From contig VRUH01000019.1 of assembly GCA_019456185.1 (NCBI GenBank), positions 1,534 to 65,533 on the forward strand: a stretch of DNA of 64,000 nucleotides. The letters run 5' to 3'. The notes under the pieces were generated by a model. The model did no database searches. It was not told the DNA's origin and saw only the letters and a list, made by a program, of their open reading frames with translations. Position numbers and translations under genes: made by a program. Of this stretch, positions 8,071 to 17,855 are shown piece after piece. Source of the stretch: Candidatus Glassbacteria bacterium (GTDB taxonomy: Bacteria; Gemmatimonadota; Glassbacteria; GWA2-58-10). Positions within the stretch are counted from its first letter, which is position 1; each line of letters opens with the position of its first letter.

Positions 8071-9720
8071 TCAGCTCAACGCCGGAATCGACGGCTCGTG
8101 TTCGAACTCGACCTCGTCGGTTTCCGCATTCCAGTTGATCCGTGTCCCGTTCAGCAGGGCATATGTCGCCATGTGGGCCGTAATCGCCTCCTGGAACCCG
8201 TCGTCGATATCGCACATCGTCTCGTGATTATTATCGCGGATATGGTCGATCCAGTCCTTGATATGCAGGTGGGTGGTATTGACCAGCCTGCCGCCGCGGT
8301 AGGTGTAGAGCAGACCCTTGGCCACGGTCCACTGGGCGGTGGCGGCGGTAATCGCCTCGATACCCTTGCCGGCCACATTGCGGAAAGAGATCATCGGTTC
8401 ATCGGGCTTTACCTTGCCGCTGTCGAGCCATTTGCGGTATTTCCCGCTGCGGCGGTCGGCGTAGACGTCCACGCCGTTGGTCAGGTCCATCGTCGCCTCG
8501 CTGCCCAGGTAGATCTGGCCGCGGCCCCAGCTGTTGCCCAGGGTGGCATTGTAGACCACTGTCAGGTCGTGGCCCTTCCACTCATAGACCACCTGGTACA
8601 CATCGGGCACCTCACGGCACAGCACGGGAACGTCGGACCTGGGTAGCGCGCCGTCGGGGACCGGCACGTCGCTGCTCAGCGGCTCGCCCTCGGCGGTCAT
8701 CAGCGTGGTGTACTCCTTGTGATGGTACACACCGCCGGATGCGGTGGCGCTGGAGGGGATCCCCAGGTTCATCACCATGTTGATCACGTCGAGTTCATGG
8801 GTCAGCAGATCGCCGGAGAGCCCGGTGCCGTAGTCCCAGAAACAGCGCCAGCGGAAAAAGCGGTTGGGATCGTAGGGCCGCTGCACGGTGTTCGATACGT
8901 ATTGATCCCAATCCACGTTGCGCGCGCCGGAGGAGGCGCTCATCGGTCCGTGCTCCTTGGGGATGCCGTAGACCCAGGCGCCGCTGCGGCTGTTGCGGTT
9001 GGTGAAGCACTGGATCAGACTGACATGGCCCAGCATGCCCTTGTCGATCACTTCCATCGCTGAATCGTAGCGGTTGCTGTTACGGTTCTGGTGGCCCAGC
9101 TGGAAGACGACGCCGTTTTTCTTGACCGCATCGCGGACCGCGTAGGCTTCCGGAATCGTTTTAGTCATGCACTTTTCGCAGTAAACATGCTTGCCCGCAT
9201 TGGCCGCGGCGATTGTCACCGGTGCGTGGACGTGGTCGCTGGTGGCGCAGATCACCGCGTCCACGTCGCTGTCGGCCATCAGTTCCTCGTAAGTCTTGTA
9301 CACTTTCGCCGTGCCGCCGGAGGCTTCGACCGCCCATTCAATATTCGGGGTGTGCAGGTCGCAGACCGCGGTGAGCCGGACGTTCAGGTCCTCGGCGCCA
9401 TCCAGCCCGCGGGCGCCTTCCTCGCTGGGCGGATGGAACCCGGCCGCACGCAGCAGGCTCTTGCCCCGGCCGCCGCAGCCGACAATCGCGAGATTCAGCG
9501 TATCGTTGGCGCTGGCTTTGCGCTGGTAATTGCGCTTGAGCACGTTCGGGTTGGTTCCGGCCGTTTCCTTGCCGATCGAGAGGATTTCTTCCCGGGCCAG
9601 TGTATCGCGTTGTTTTTTATCGTAAAGCGAGAGTCCGAAAGCGCCGAGCACTGGGGTGGTGGCGGCCGCTTTCAGGAAGTCCCTCCTGTTTACGCCGGAT
9701 CTTCTATCATTGTCAGCCAT
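8071..9720 (-). CDS. Tat-exported Gfo/Idh/MocA-family oxidoreductase, tandem paralog of 6204..7868
   Basis: Tat motif NRRDFLKAAATTPVLGAFG. About 60-65% identity to the neighbour over the core (AVCDL..P..AV.ASGGTAK.Y..EL...DVDAV..AT.DH.HAP..AAA.AGKHVY.EKCMT). GAGGAG RBS. Confidence 0.8.
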   Translation of the reverse strand: MADNDRRSGVNRRDFLKAAATTPVLGAFGLSLYDKKQRDTLAREEILSIGKETAGTNPNVLKRNYQRKASANDTLNLAIVGCGGRGKSLLRAAGFHPPSEEGARGLDGAEDLNVRLTAVCDLHTPNIEWAVEASGGTAKVYKTYEELMADSDVDAVICATSDHVHAPVTIAAANAGKHVYCEKCMTKTIPEAYAVRDAVKKNGVVFQLGHQNRNSNRYDSAMEVIDKGMLGHVSLIQCFTNRNSRSGAWVYGIPKEHGPMSASSGARNVDWDQYVSNTVQRPYDPNRFFRWRCFWDYGTGLSGDLLTHELDVINMVMNLGIPSSATASGGVYHHKEYTTLMTAEGEPLSSDVPVPDGALPRSDVPVLCREVPDVYQVVYEWKGHDLTVVYNATLGNSWGRGQIYLGSEATMDLTNGVDVYADRRSGKYRKWLDSGKVKPDEPMISFRNVAGKGIEAITAATAQWTVAKGLLYTYRGGRLVNTTHLHIKDWIDHIRDNNHETMCDIDDGFQEAITAHMATYALLNGTRINWNAETDEVEFEHEPSIPALS

Positions 9721-9809
9721 CTTTGGTTACTCCTCGCAGCAACAAGCTTCATCCCGCTTGATGAAGCTCATGGTCGATTTTAACGTAGGAATCCCGCTTC
9801 GATCCCGGC

Positions 9810-10304
9810 TCACCGCCGGGATAAGATCCGGTCAAATCCCCAAACAATGCCGGACGGGAAAACCAGCAGCACAATAACCGCCGCCAGTTCGACCAGGTTC
9901 TTGTTCACTATCATGTAACTGCCCTCGCCCGGCAGGAACTGCACGCCCACCCAGGGAGGATTCGACAGGTAGAACATCAGCAGGAACGCTCCGGCGACAA
10001 CCAGTCCGGTCCTGGTGAACAGACCCAGGATCAGAGCGATCCCGGTTAATGTCAGGCCCCAGGCCATCACGCCATCCACCACGGCCACCATCGACGGCGA
10101 ACCGGCCAACGATTCGAAGATCGGCCCGAACGGTCCGGGCGCCGCTCTGAGGTACCCCGCCGCCGACCAGGCCTCGGAACTCAGCTTGACATAGCCCTCG
10201 TAGAGGAAATGCCAGCCGATCACAACCCGGAGAAAGGCGAGGAATAATTTTTGCGCACCTGAGTATTTCCTCAGAGTTTCGCTCAACCCGCTTTCATGTG
10301 CCAC
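9810..10304 (-). CDS. DoxX family membrane protein
   Basis: 164 aa with 4 TM helices. The LAFLRVVIGWHFLYEGYVKL motif is typical of DoxX. Confidence 0.7.
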   Translation of the reverse strand: MAHESGLSETLRKYSGAQKLFLAFLRVVIGWHFLYEGYVKLSSEAWSAAGYLRAAPGPFGPIFESLAGSPSMVAVVDGVMAWGLTLTGIALILGLFTRTGLVVAGAFLLMFYLSNPPWVGVQFLPGEGSYMIVNKNLVELAAVIVLLVFPSGIVWGFDRILSRR

Positions 10305-10531
10305 TGAACGTACCCCTGTCTGATTGTGGAAAGAAAGAAAAATGCAGCGTTATCTTCTTAACAACACGACACTTACCCGTCCCGGGATGCTGTAGCCGGG
10401 AAAACCAAGTATTAAACTAACCAGGCTGAAGTTCTCTAGCAAGGAATTTCTCAATTTATTGACGACCCGGCTGAAACGTAAGTTGCTTGGTATTAGTAGT
10501 TTGAGTGCTGACCGCAGGCCGGGGCGTTAGC

Positions 10532-10560
10532 TTGACATCAGCTCCGGCGGCGGATATAAT
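10532..10560 (+). promoter_or_regulatory. Consensus sigma70 promoter (TTGACA-17 bp-TATAAT) upstream of the MFS gene
   Basis: Perfect -35 and -10 hexamers with a 17-bp spacer, read directly at about 10532-10537 and 10555-10560. Confidence 0.5.
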
Positions 10561-10641
10561 GTGCGGGTGATACGGTTTCCCCGCCTTTGCAGACGCCGGT
10601 TTCCTGAAAAGCAGACTTCATTATCCACTCAGGAGCATCAG

Positions 10642-11868
10642 TTGACAACCAGCCGCAGCCCCATATACCTGACAGCCGCCTGCTGTTCGGGATATCTGGT
10701 GATGGGGCTGGTTTTTTCGCTGATCGGCGTGGGTCTGGAATCGTTCGCGGTCCAGATCGGATCGAGCGTTGCCAGGGTGGGCAGCCTGTTTTTTCTGTTC
10801 ATGGGCGGGGCTACTTTCCTGATGCTTTTCGCGGTCGGCCCGCTGATCGACAGGTTCGGCCAGCGTCCGGTGCTGATGGCCGGCGGGCTTGTGTGCGCTT
10901 TGAGCATGTGGCTGCTGGTGCACGCTGAATCCCTGCTGTCCGCCTGCGCGCTGATGTTTTTTCTGGGAGCCGGTTCCGCCGGACTCAACGGCGGAGTCAA
11001 CACGCTGATTAACCACCTCCACCGCGACAATCCTGAGCGGATGCTCAATGTCGGCAACCTGTTTTTCGGCGTGGGCGCGGTGCTGATGCCGCTCACAGGC
11101 AGCTGGCTGATCGGCGGGGCAGGACTTGGCGCGCTGCTCATGTTCGCCGCTTGCGGCTGCCTGCTGCCGGTGGTGATGTTCGCCGCGGCGCGGTTTCCGG
11201 ACGATGTCGGCGTGGAGGATTTCCGGCTGGCCGACGCCGGCAAGGCAGTCAGCGATCCGCTGGTGGTCCTGTTCTGCGTCCTGATCTTTCTCTACGTGGG
11301 CCTCGAAGCCAGTATGGGAATCTGGAGCAGGCCGGTGGTGGCGGACGCCTGGGGGCTCAAGGCCCCGCTCGACCAGTTGCTGCTGGCCGGTTACTGGGGC
11401 TCGTTGATGACCGGCCGCCTGTTGGCCGGAACGTTATTTCATAAAATTCCCGGGCGCAAGCTGGTGCTGCGCTGTTCGATCGGCGCCGTGATCGGCCTGA
11501 CCATGTTCGCCATGGCCGACTCTCTGTGGGTGGCCGCGTTCGCGCTCTGGTTTTCCGGCCTGTGCTTCGCGCCGGTGTTCCCCACCAGCCTGGGCAGCGC
11601 CGGCCGGGTTTTCCGACGCTATACCGGGACTATTTTCTCGATGATTATCGCCTGCAGCGTGCTGGGGGGCGTATCGATCGCAGGGCTGGTGGGCTCGTTC
11701 GCCGGAGCGGGTTCGATGCGGGCCGGTCTCTTTGTTGTGGCGGGATGTGCCCTGGCGATGTTATTAATACAGGTAACTATCAGCCGCCGTGTCGAACTGC
11801 GGCTCGGCGAGGCTGCAGCTGCGGCCAATGCAAATTCAACCACACACTTGCTGGAAAGATACCAGTAA
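10642..11868 (+). CDS. MFS transporter
   Basis: 12-TM major-facilitator-like sequence. The ORF begins at 10561, which overlaps the -10 box. The likely real start is TTG at about 10642 after an AGGAG RBS, or ATG at 10699. Confidence 0.7.
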   Translation: MTTSRSPIYLTAACCSGYLVMGLVFSLIGVGLESFAVQIGSSVARVGSLFFLFMGGATFLMLFAVGPLIDRFGQRPVLMAGGLVCALSMWLLVHAESLLSACALMFFLGAGSAGLNGGVNTLINHLHRDNPERMLNVGNLFFGVGAVLMPLTGSWLIGGAGLGALLMFAACGCLLPVVMFAAARFPDDVGVEDFRLADAGKAVSDPLVVLFCVLIFLYVGLEASMGIWSRPVVADAWGLKAPLDQLLLAGYWGSLMTGRLLAGTLFHKIPGRKLVLRCSIGAVIGLTMFAMADSLWVAAFALWFSGLCFAPVFPTSLGSAGRVFRRYTGTIFSMIIACSVLGGVSIAGLVGSFAGAGSMRAGLFVVAGCALAMLLIQVTISRRVELRLGEAAAAANANSTTHLLERYQ

Positions 11869-11903
11869 ATTCTTTTTCAACATGTCAACCGAGGGAGGGC
11901 GCC

Positions 11904-12794
11904 ATGAGGATTATCAGCCGCAGGAGTTTTATCAGATCGGCGATGGCCGCCGGGGGTGCGGCGGCGATCAGCCCCGTGTTCTCGATGGCCCAGCAGATGA
12001 AGAAATATGATTTCAAGATTTCGCTGGCCGCCTGGTCGCTTCGGCCCTGGTTCGACAAGACCTGGACCAATCTGGACCTGCCGCGGATCGTGCGTGAGGA
12101 TTTCAATCTCGACGGCCTGGAGTTCGTCAACAGCTTTTTCACCCTGCCGCGCTACAACTACCTCAACGATCTCAAGAAACGCGCCGACGACTACGGGGTC
12201 ACGCTGGTGCTGATCATGTGCGATGATGACGGCGATATGTCGCACAACGAGAAGAGCGAGCGCGAGATAGCGGTCCGTCTGCACCACAAATGGATCGACT
12301 GCGCCTGGTTCCTGGGCTGCCACGCTATCCGGGGCAACGCCCGCACGCGGACGCCCGGTACCGACGAGGAACGGGTGAAGCGCTGCGCCGAGAGCTACCA
12401 CTCCCTCTGCGAGTACGCAGACCAGGCGGGGATCAACGTGACCGTGGAAAACCACGGCGGGTTCAGCTCCGATCCGGTCCACCTGGTTTCGCTGGCCAAA
12501 CAGGTCGACCATCCACGTTTCGGCCTCCTGCCGGACTACGGTAATTTCGACAAGAGCGTGGACAGGTACGAGGCGCTCGAGATGACCATGCCCTACGCCA
12601 AGGCGGTGAGTGTCAAATGCCGCGATTTCGACGAGAACGGCCACCACGAAGCCTGGGACCTGGACCGGATGGTCAAGATCACGTTCGACTCCGGCTACCG
12701 CGGGTTCATGGGTATCGAGGCCGGCAGCAGGAACATGCGCCACTGGGATAATGTCCGCGCCTGCCGCGATCTCATGCTCAAGTATAAAGCCTGA
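11904..12794 (+). CDS. Tat-exported sugar phosphate isomerase/epimerase (xylose-isomerase-like TIM barrel)
   Basis: Start MRIISRRSFIRSAMAAGGAAA (Tat motif) after a GAGGGAGGG RBS. TIM-barrel AP-endonuclease 2/xylose isomerase-like motifs (ENHGG, GIEAGS). Confidence 0.8.
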   Translation: MRIISRRSFIRSAMAAGGAAAISPVFSMAQQMKKYDFKISLAAWSLRPWFDKTWTNLDLPRIVREDFNLDGLEFVNSFFTLPRYNYLNDLKKRADDYGVTLVLIMCDDDGDMSHNEKSEREIAVRLHHKWIDCAWFLGCHAIRGNARTRTPGTDEERVKRCAESYHSLCEYADQAGINVTVENHGGFSSDPVHLVSLAKQVDHPRFGLLPDYGNFDKSVDRYEALEMTMPYAKAVSVKCRDFDENGHHEAWDLDRMVKITFDSGYRGFMGIEAGSRNMRHWDNVRACRDLMLKYKA

Positions 12795-12868
12795 TATTCA
12801 GCCGATACGGGGGCGGGCCAGCCCGCTCCGCCCCCGCTCCACCATTCTTCCCCGGCCGGAACTCTTCC

Positions 12869-15800
12869 ATGAATACAATCCCGCCTCAGCAGGATTCCGC
12901 CGGCCAGTCGATCAGCCCCGGCGCGCTGGCGATCTACGCCCTCTTTTTCCTGTCGGGCTTCTGCGGCCTGGTGTACGAAATTATCTGGATGCGGCGTTTC
13001 GCGGTCGGTTTCGGCAATACGACCTATGCGATCACGGTCGTGCTGGCGGCGTTCATGGCCGGTCTGGCCGCCGGCAGCAAGCTGTTCGGCCGGCTGGCCG
13101 ACAGCCCCCGGCGGACGAATTCCCTGCTGACATATTACGGCTGGATGGAAATCGCGATCGGTGTCTACTGCCTGGCCTTCGACAGCCTGCTGGGAGTCCA
13201 GCGCTCGCTGATGCTCCTTGCCTACGGGGCTGTCGACCCGACCGGCGTGCTGAGCCTGCTGATCAAGTTCCTCATCTCCGCCCTGCTGCTGATCGTGCCC
13301 ACGCTGCTGATGGGCGGCACGCTGCCGGTGCTGATCAAAGCGCTCAGCCGCCGTCTGCCGGAGGTGGGCAAGGTTACCGGGCGGCTGTATTTTATCAACT
13401 GCACCGGCGCGGTTGCCGGTACGCTGGCCGCCGCGTTCTGGATGATTCCATCCCTGGGACTGCCGTTCTCCACCGCCGTCGCCGCCGCGATCAATATCCT
13501 GGTGGGCCTGGCGGCCCTGGGAATGCGCGGCCGCCTGGACGAACCGGTCTACGGCGAGGCGCTGGCTGCATCCACCAGTGCAGACACACCGCCAGGCGAG
13601 CCGCTCTCCGGCCGCGTTATTACGCTGGCGCTGGCCGGGATATTCGTCAGCGGGTTCACGGCGATGGTTTACGAGATCAGCTGGACCCGGATCCTGTCGA
13701 TGGTGCTGGGCAGCAGCACCTATTCGTTCGCGCTGATGCTGGCGGCGTTTATTACCGGTATCGCTCTGGGCGGGCTGCTGATCAGCGCGTTCATGGACCG
13801 GATAGCCAACCCGGCGCGCGCGTTCGCCGTGCTGCAGGGAGTTGTCGCGCTGTCGGTACTGGCGATGCTGCCGCTGTACAGCCGTCTGCCCCTGTTCTTC
13901 CTCACAGTGCGCGAGCTGATCGCTTTCAGCTACGAAACCCACGAAGCGTTCAAATTCCTGGTCTGCCTGCTGGTGATGATCGTGCCGGCGACCGCGTTCG
14001 GGATGGGCTTTCCGCTGGTGGCCAGGCTGGCCGCCGACAGGATGAGCGAGGTGGCGGGCAAGGTGGGCGGTGTGTACGCGCTGAACACGCTGGGTAATAT
14101 CGGCGGCAGCGTGCTCTGCGGCCTGGCGATGATCCCGCTGCTGGGGATCAAGCTCACGATCGAAATTGCCGTGCTGCTGAATCTGGCCACCTGCCTGTCG
14201 ATCCTGGCTGCGCTGGGCGGCAGGCGGCGACTGGCGGTGGTTTCGTATGCACTCAGCGCCGGAGCGGTGCTGGTCTATTTTCTGCTGGCTCCCGGCTGGG
14301 ACCGTCACCTGCTCACCGGCGGAGCGTTCCGCTATCACTCGGTAAGCCCGGGCGCCACCGCCGAGAATTTCTACCGCAGCGCCCACGAGCGCGAGTTTGT
14401 CTACTACCGCGAGGGGATCAGCACCACGGTCAGCGTGGAGCGGGACGGCGAGGCGCTGATGCTGCGGGTCAACGGCAAGGTGGACGCCTCCAACGAATTC
14501 GACATGAGCACCCAGTACCTGCTGGCCCACCTGCCGATGCTGCTCCACCCCGATCCGTCGCGCATCCTCGTAATCGGCGCGGGCAGCGGCGCCACCTGCG
14601 GAGCGGCGTTGTCTCATCAGAGTCTCGAAAGGCTCGTGTGTGTCGAGATCAGCCCCGGAGTGGCCGAGGCCAGCCGTTATTTCGATGCTATCAACCACCG
14701 CTACTGGGAAGACCCGCGGGTGGAGCTAGTGATTGACGACGGCCGTAATTTCCTGTTCCGCGACGACAGCCCCTGGGACGTGATCACCAGCGAGCCGTCC
14801 AACCCCTGGATCGCCGGGATCGGCAACCTCTACACCGAGCAGTTCTACGCCGACTGCGCGCGCCGCCTGGCTCCGGGCGGACTGATCTGCCAGTGGATCC
14901 ATCTCTACGAGATGGACGAGATCGTGCTTAAAACGATCCTGACCACGTTCACCCGCACGTTCCCCCACGCGGTGGCGTTCAGTTCGGTGGAAAACAGCGA
15001 CCTGCTGCTGATCGGCTCGGCCCGGCCCCTGGAGACGGATTTCGAGGCGATCAGCCGCAGGATGGGCCAGCCGGAAGTGGCCGAAGACCTGAAGCGCATC
15101 GGGATCAGCAGCCTGTTCACCCTGCTTGCCACCCAGGTGTTCAACGAGCGCGGAATGCGCCGCTGGTCGGGGATTGCTCCGGTGAACTCCGATGACTTCC
15201 CGATAGTCGAATACAGCGCGCCTCGGGGTTTTTTCTACGCCAGTCACGTGGAGCTGCCAAGCGAGTACCGCCTGGCGGGAGCCGATAATCTGCTGGCGCG
15301 CTACCTGGCGGGACACCGGGCCACGGCCGACGAGCTGGTGGAAACCGCCCGCTACCAGATGGTGTCCTCCGGGATGACCTACCTGGTGTTCTCCACCCTG
15401 GCCGATGCGCTGGAGCGAGAGCCGGACCATCGCGAAGGACTGGCGCTGAAAGTGGAGCTGCTGACCGAGCGCAGGAAGTACGCCGAGGCTGTCCAGGTGC
15501 TGGAGCGCTACCGCGCGGTTGAGAGCGACGAGAAAAAGCTGCTGGAAATGGAGTTCCCGCTGGCGACCGCCCTGGCCCAGCGTCACAGCGCCTCTCTGCT
15601 GGACAAGCCCGATTTCTCCCGGGCGCTCGAGATCAAGCGCAGGCTGATCGAACTGGAGCCCTCGCGCGGTATTCATTATTACGGGCTTGGGGAGACTTTC
15701 AGGAGCGCCCGCCAGTGGAGCAGCGCGGCCGCGGCGTTCGAGACGGCCCTGGAGAATGACGCCGGAACCGAAGAGAGCGGACTGCCCGAGGTGCCGCTGG

Positions 15801-15997
15801 TGCTGCACCGGATCGGCGAGTGCTGGATCTCGGCCGGGCAGTTGGATCGGGCCGAAGCCGTATATGTCCGTCTGCTGCGGGAATATCCCGCTAATCCGCT
15901 TTGGGCCTCCATGCTGCAGCTTATCGCCTATCAGCGGCTGTTGGAGGAACCCGGGACCCCCGACCCCGAAAGGATCAGGCAGTTGTTCGGCAACTGA
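12869..15997 (+). CDS. Fused protein: N-terminal multi-TM (MFS-like) domain + spermidine-synthase-like aminopropyl/methyltransferase domain + C-terminal TPR repeats (1042 aa)
   Basis: N-terminal LFFLSGFCGLVYEIIWMRRF and 10+ TM helices. Central LVIGAGSGATCGAALSHQSLERLVCVEISP...ITSEPSNPWIAGIGNLYTEQFY (spermidine synthase fold). C-terminal TPR-like repeats. Confidence 0.8.
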   Translation: MNTIPPQQDSAGQSISPGALAIYALFFLSGFCGLVYEIIWMRRFAVGFGNTTYAITVVLAAFMAGLAAGSKLFGRLADSPRRTNSLLTYYGWMEIAIGVYCLAFDSLLGVQRSLMLLAYGAVDPTGVLSLLIKFLISALLLIVPTLLMGGTLPVLIKALSRRLPEVGKVTGRLYFINCTGAVAGTLAAAFWMIPSLGLPFSTAVAAAINILVGLAALGMRGRLDEPVYGEALAASTSADTPPGEPLSGRVITLALAGIFVSGFTAMVYEISWTRILSMVLGSSTYSFALMLAAFITGIALGGLLISAFMDRIANPARAFAVLQGVVALSVLAMLPLYSRLPLFFLTVRELIAFSYETHEAFKFLVCLLVMIVPATAFGMGFPLVARLAADRMSEVAGKVGGVYALNTLGNIGGSVLCGLAMIPLLGIKLTIEIAVLLNLATCLSILAALGGRRRLAVVSYALSAGAVLVYFLLAPGWDRHLLTGGAFRYHSVSPGATAENFYRSAHEREFVYYREGISTTVSVERDGEALMLRVNGKVDASNEFDMSTQYLLAHLPMLLHPDPSRILVIGAGSGATCGAALSHQSLERLVCVEISPGVAEASRYFDAINHRYWEDPRVELVIDDGRNFLFRDDSPWDVITSEPSNPWIAGIGNLYTEQFYADCARRLAPGGLICQWIHLYEMDEIVLKTILTTFTRTFPHAVAFSSVENSDLLLIGSARPLETDFEAISRRMGQPEVAEDLKRIGISSLFTLLATQVFNERGMRRWSGIAPVNSDDFPIVEYSAPRGFFYASHVELPSEYRLAGADNLLARYLAGHRATADELVETARYQMVSSGMTYLVFSTLADALEREPDHREGLALKVELLTERRKYAEAVQVLERYRAVESDEKKLLEMEFPLATALAQRHSASLLDKPDFSRALEIKRRLIELEPSRGIHYYGLGETFRSARQWSSAAAAFETALENDAGTEESGLPEVPLVLHRIGECWISAGQLDRAEAVYVRLLREYPANPLWASMLQLIAYQRLLEEPGTPDPERIRQLFGN

Positions 15998-16140
15998 GTC
16001 GGCAGGGGGTGAGGCCGGATGCAATGCAAAAAGCCGGATTCCTTTCAGATTGCATCCGCTAATTTTGCAAATCCCGGCTCTGATTTTCTTACGCATCGCT
16101 AACTAACTGATATTTCTTTGGTTACAAATCGGCGAAATTG

Positions 16141-16155
16141 TGGCACGATACCTGC
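16141..16155 (+). promoter_or_regulatory. Sigma54-type promoter TGGCAC-N5-CTGC upstream of the pilin gene
   Basis: GG and GC dinucleotides at the canonical 10-nt spacing, about 65 nt upstream of the pilA ATG. pilA genes are often RpoN-dependent. Confidence 0.4.
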
Positions 16156-16218
16156 CTTTCTTGTGAGCCGTCTCGATGTCCTTTCTCTCTCCAACCACCT
16201 TTGAAAGGAGCTACTCAG

Positions 16219-16602
16219 ATGAGAGGGCTACGCAACGCCAAGGGTTTCACCCTTATCGAGCTGTTGATTGTCGTGGTCATTATCGGTATCCTGGCCACAG
16301 TGTTGATCAGCCGGTTCGCCGGCGCCAAGGATTCAGCCTACATCGCCCACGCCAACACGATGGCTGAAGCTGTCAAAACCGCCGCGATAGCCTACAGCGT
16401 GTCGCGTATCGACGGCGCCGCGGCGACCACGATCGCCGACCTGCAGAAGATCGACTCCGATATCGCCGCCGACGTCAACGACATGTTACTGACCATCGCC
16501 GGTACGGTCCTGACGATCGATCACCAGGCGATCACCGAAAGCAGAAAAGCATCGGTGACCCTGGTAACGGGAATAGTCACTACGGCCTCGATGGTCGAAT
16601 AG
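16219..16602 (+). CDS. pilA: Type IV pilin (major-pilin-like), prepilin N-methylation signal
   Basis: MRGLRNAKGFTLIELLIVVVIIGILA (G|FTLIEL class III signal peptide). AAAGGAG RBS. 127 aa. Confidence 0.8.
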   Translation: MRGLRNAKGFTLIELLIVVVIIGILATVLISRFAGAKDSAYIAHANTMAEAVKTAAIAYSVSRIDGAAATTIADLQKIDSDIAADVNDMLLTIAGTVLTIDHQAITESRKASVTLVTGIVTTASMVE

Positions 16603-16624
16603 TTTTGCCCTCGACACACGCTTG

Positions 16625-16713
16625 AAAGGCCGCGGCGATTCGTTGCCTGCGGCCTTTCAGTATCTGGATGCCTCTCATCGGACCCGGCGCAAAATACAGC
16701 GCCGGGTCCGATG
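16625..16713 (+). terminator. Two tandem strong hairpins downstream of the pilin gene (9-bp stem AAAGGCCGC/GCGGCCTTT; 15-bp perfect stem CATCGGACCCGGCGC/GCGCCGGGTCCGATG)
   Basis: Inverted repeats read directly. The likely function is termination/attenuation between the major pilin and the minor-pilin genes. Confidence 0.5.
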
Positions 16714-16833
16714 ATTTAACACAAACGCAAATATATCAGTTGTAAGAAGTGAAGGCATGATCGGCGCAAAGTGAAACCGAGCGAAGAAAGCCTAACAATC
16801 AGACCGTCTCACGGGGGGGCGCAAGAGGAGACC

Positions 16834-17430
16834 ATGCTCCCGTCAGCACGATCAACACGGGGTATTACCCTGATCGAACTGATGATCGTCATGACCATGC
16901 TGGCGATCGTCATTACCGTGGGTGCGCCGAGTTTCGGCGGTTTCATCAAGGAAGGGCGGCTCAAGTCCGGCATGCGGGCGGTTGCTGTCTCGATCCAGAC
17001 CGCCCGCCTCAAGGCAATCAATTCCAACCGCCGGGCCTATCTCGATTTCGCCCCCGGTTCGCTTACTCCCGCCGACAGTTTCTACACGATCTGGCTGGAT
17101 GTCGACGGCGACCTGAGCTACGATGACGGCGAGGCCGACAGCAGCGGCCTGGCAATGCCGGAGACTAAAAGCGGAATCAGCGGGTTCAGGCTTCCCCGGG
17201 GAGTCAATTTCGGAATCAGCGGAGTTGCTACCGGGCCCGACGGGATGGCGATAGCCGCGGACGGAGTCAATTTCGGCGGCAACGACGATGTCAGTTTCAA
17301 CGGTCGCGGCGAGGCCTCCTCGGCCGGAGTAGTCTATATCACCGGCGAGAACGGCAGTATCTATTCCGTGACGGTTACCTCGCTGGGAGCGGTGCGCACC
17401 TGGCGCTGGGAGGACAACCAGTGGAAATAA
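16834..17430 (+). CDS. fimT: Minor pilin, GspH/FimT family
   Basis: Start MLPSARSTRGITLIELMIVMTMLAIV after AGGAG. Prepilin signal plus FimT-like body. Confidence 0.7.
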   Translation: MLPSARSTRGITLIELMIVMTMLAIVITVGAPSFGGFIKEGRLKSGMRAVAVSIQTARLKAINSNRRAYLDFAPGSLTPADSFYTIWLDVDGDLSYDDGEADSSGLAMPETKSGISGFRLPRGVNFGISGVATGPDGMAIAADGVNFGGNDDVSFNGRGEASSAGVVYITGENGSIYSVTVTSLGAVRTWRWEDNQWK

Positions 17431-17831
17431 AAAGTATCCTTAACGACCGCCGGGGGTTCTCCCTCGTGGAGATAACGCTCGCGATGGTAATCGGCTCAAT
17501 CGGCCTGCTGGCCCTGGCCGGCATCCTGGCCTACACCATGAAGAGCAACCGCATGGCCACCGACATCTCGATCGCCACCTCGCTGTGCCGTCAGAAAATA
17601 GAACGGATCAAGCTCACCGAGTACAACTACGTTGTCGATGAGACTGAGACAGGGCTCGACGCCAGCGGCGCCAGTATCGAAGGCGAGGAAGGCAAGTATA
17701 TCCGGGTCACCGAGGTGGTAGCCGACGAAGCCGCGATCAACACTAAAACCATCACGGTCACTGTCTATTACGGCGGAAACACCGAAAATGAAGCCAAACG
17801 GGCTCAGATCAAAACGATTATTTATCCCTGA
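17421..17831 (+). CDS. pilV: Minor pilin PilV-like
   Basis: GTG start overlapping the upstream stop. RRGFSLVEITLAMVIGSIGLLA prepilin signal. GGGAGG RBS. Confidence 0.7.
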   Translation: MEIKSILNDRRGFSLVEITLAMVIGSIGLLALAGILAYTMKSNRMATDISIATSLCRQKIERIKLTEYNYVVDETETGLDASGASIEGEEGKYIRVTEVVADEAAINTKTITVTVYYGGNTENEAKRAQIKTIIYP

Positions 17832-17855
17832 GCTCCGCAGAGCGGAGGCGGCAAG

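Noticed and set aside
16000-16140. Nested inverted repeats (GGATGCAAT...ATTGCATCC; AGCCGGATT...AATCCCGGCT) after the spermidine-synthase-fusion gene
   Set aside because: Probably a complex terminator or structured 3'UTR. It lacks a clean U-tract and repeat copies elsewhere, so it is not called as a distinct element.
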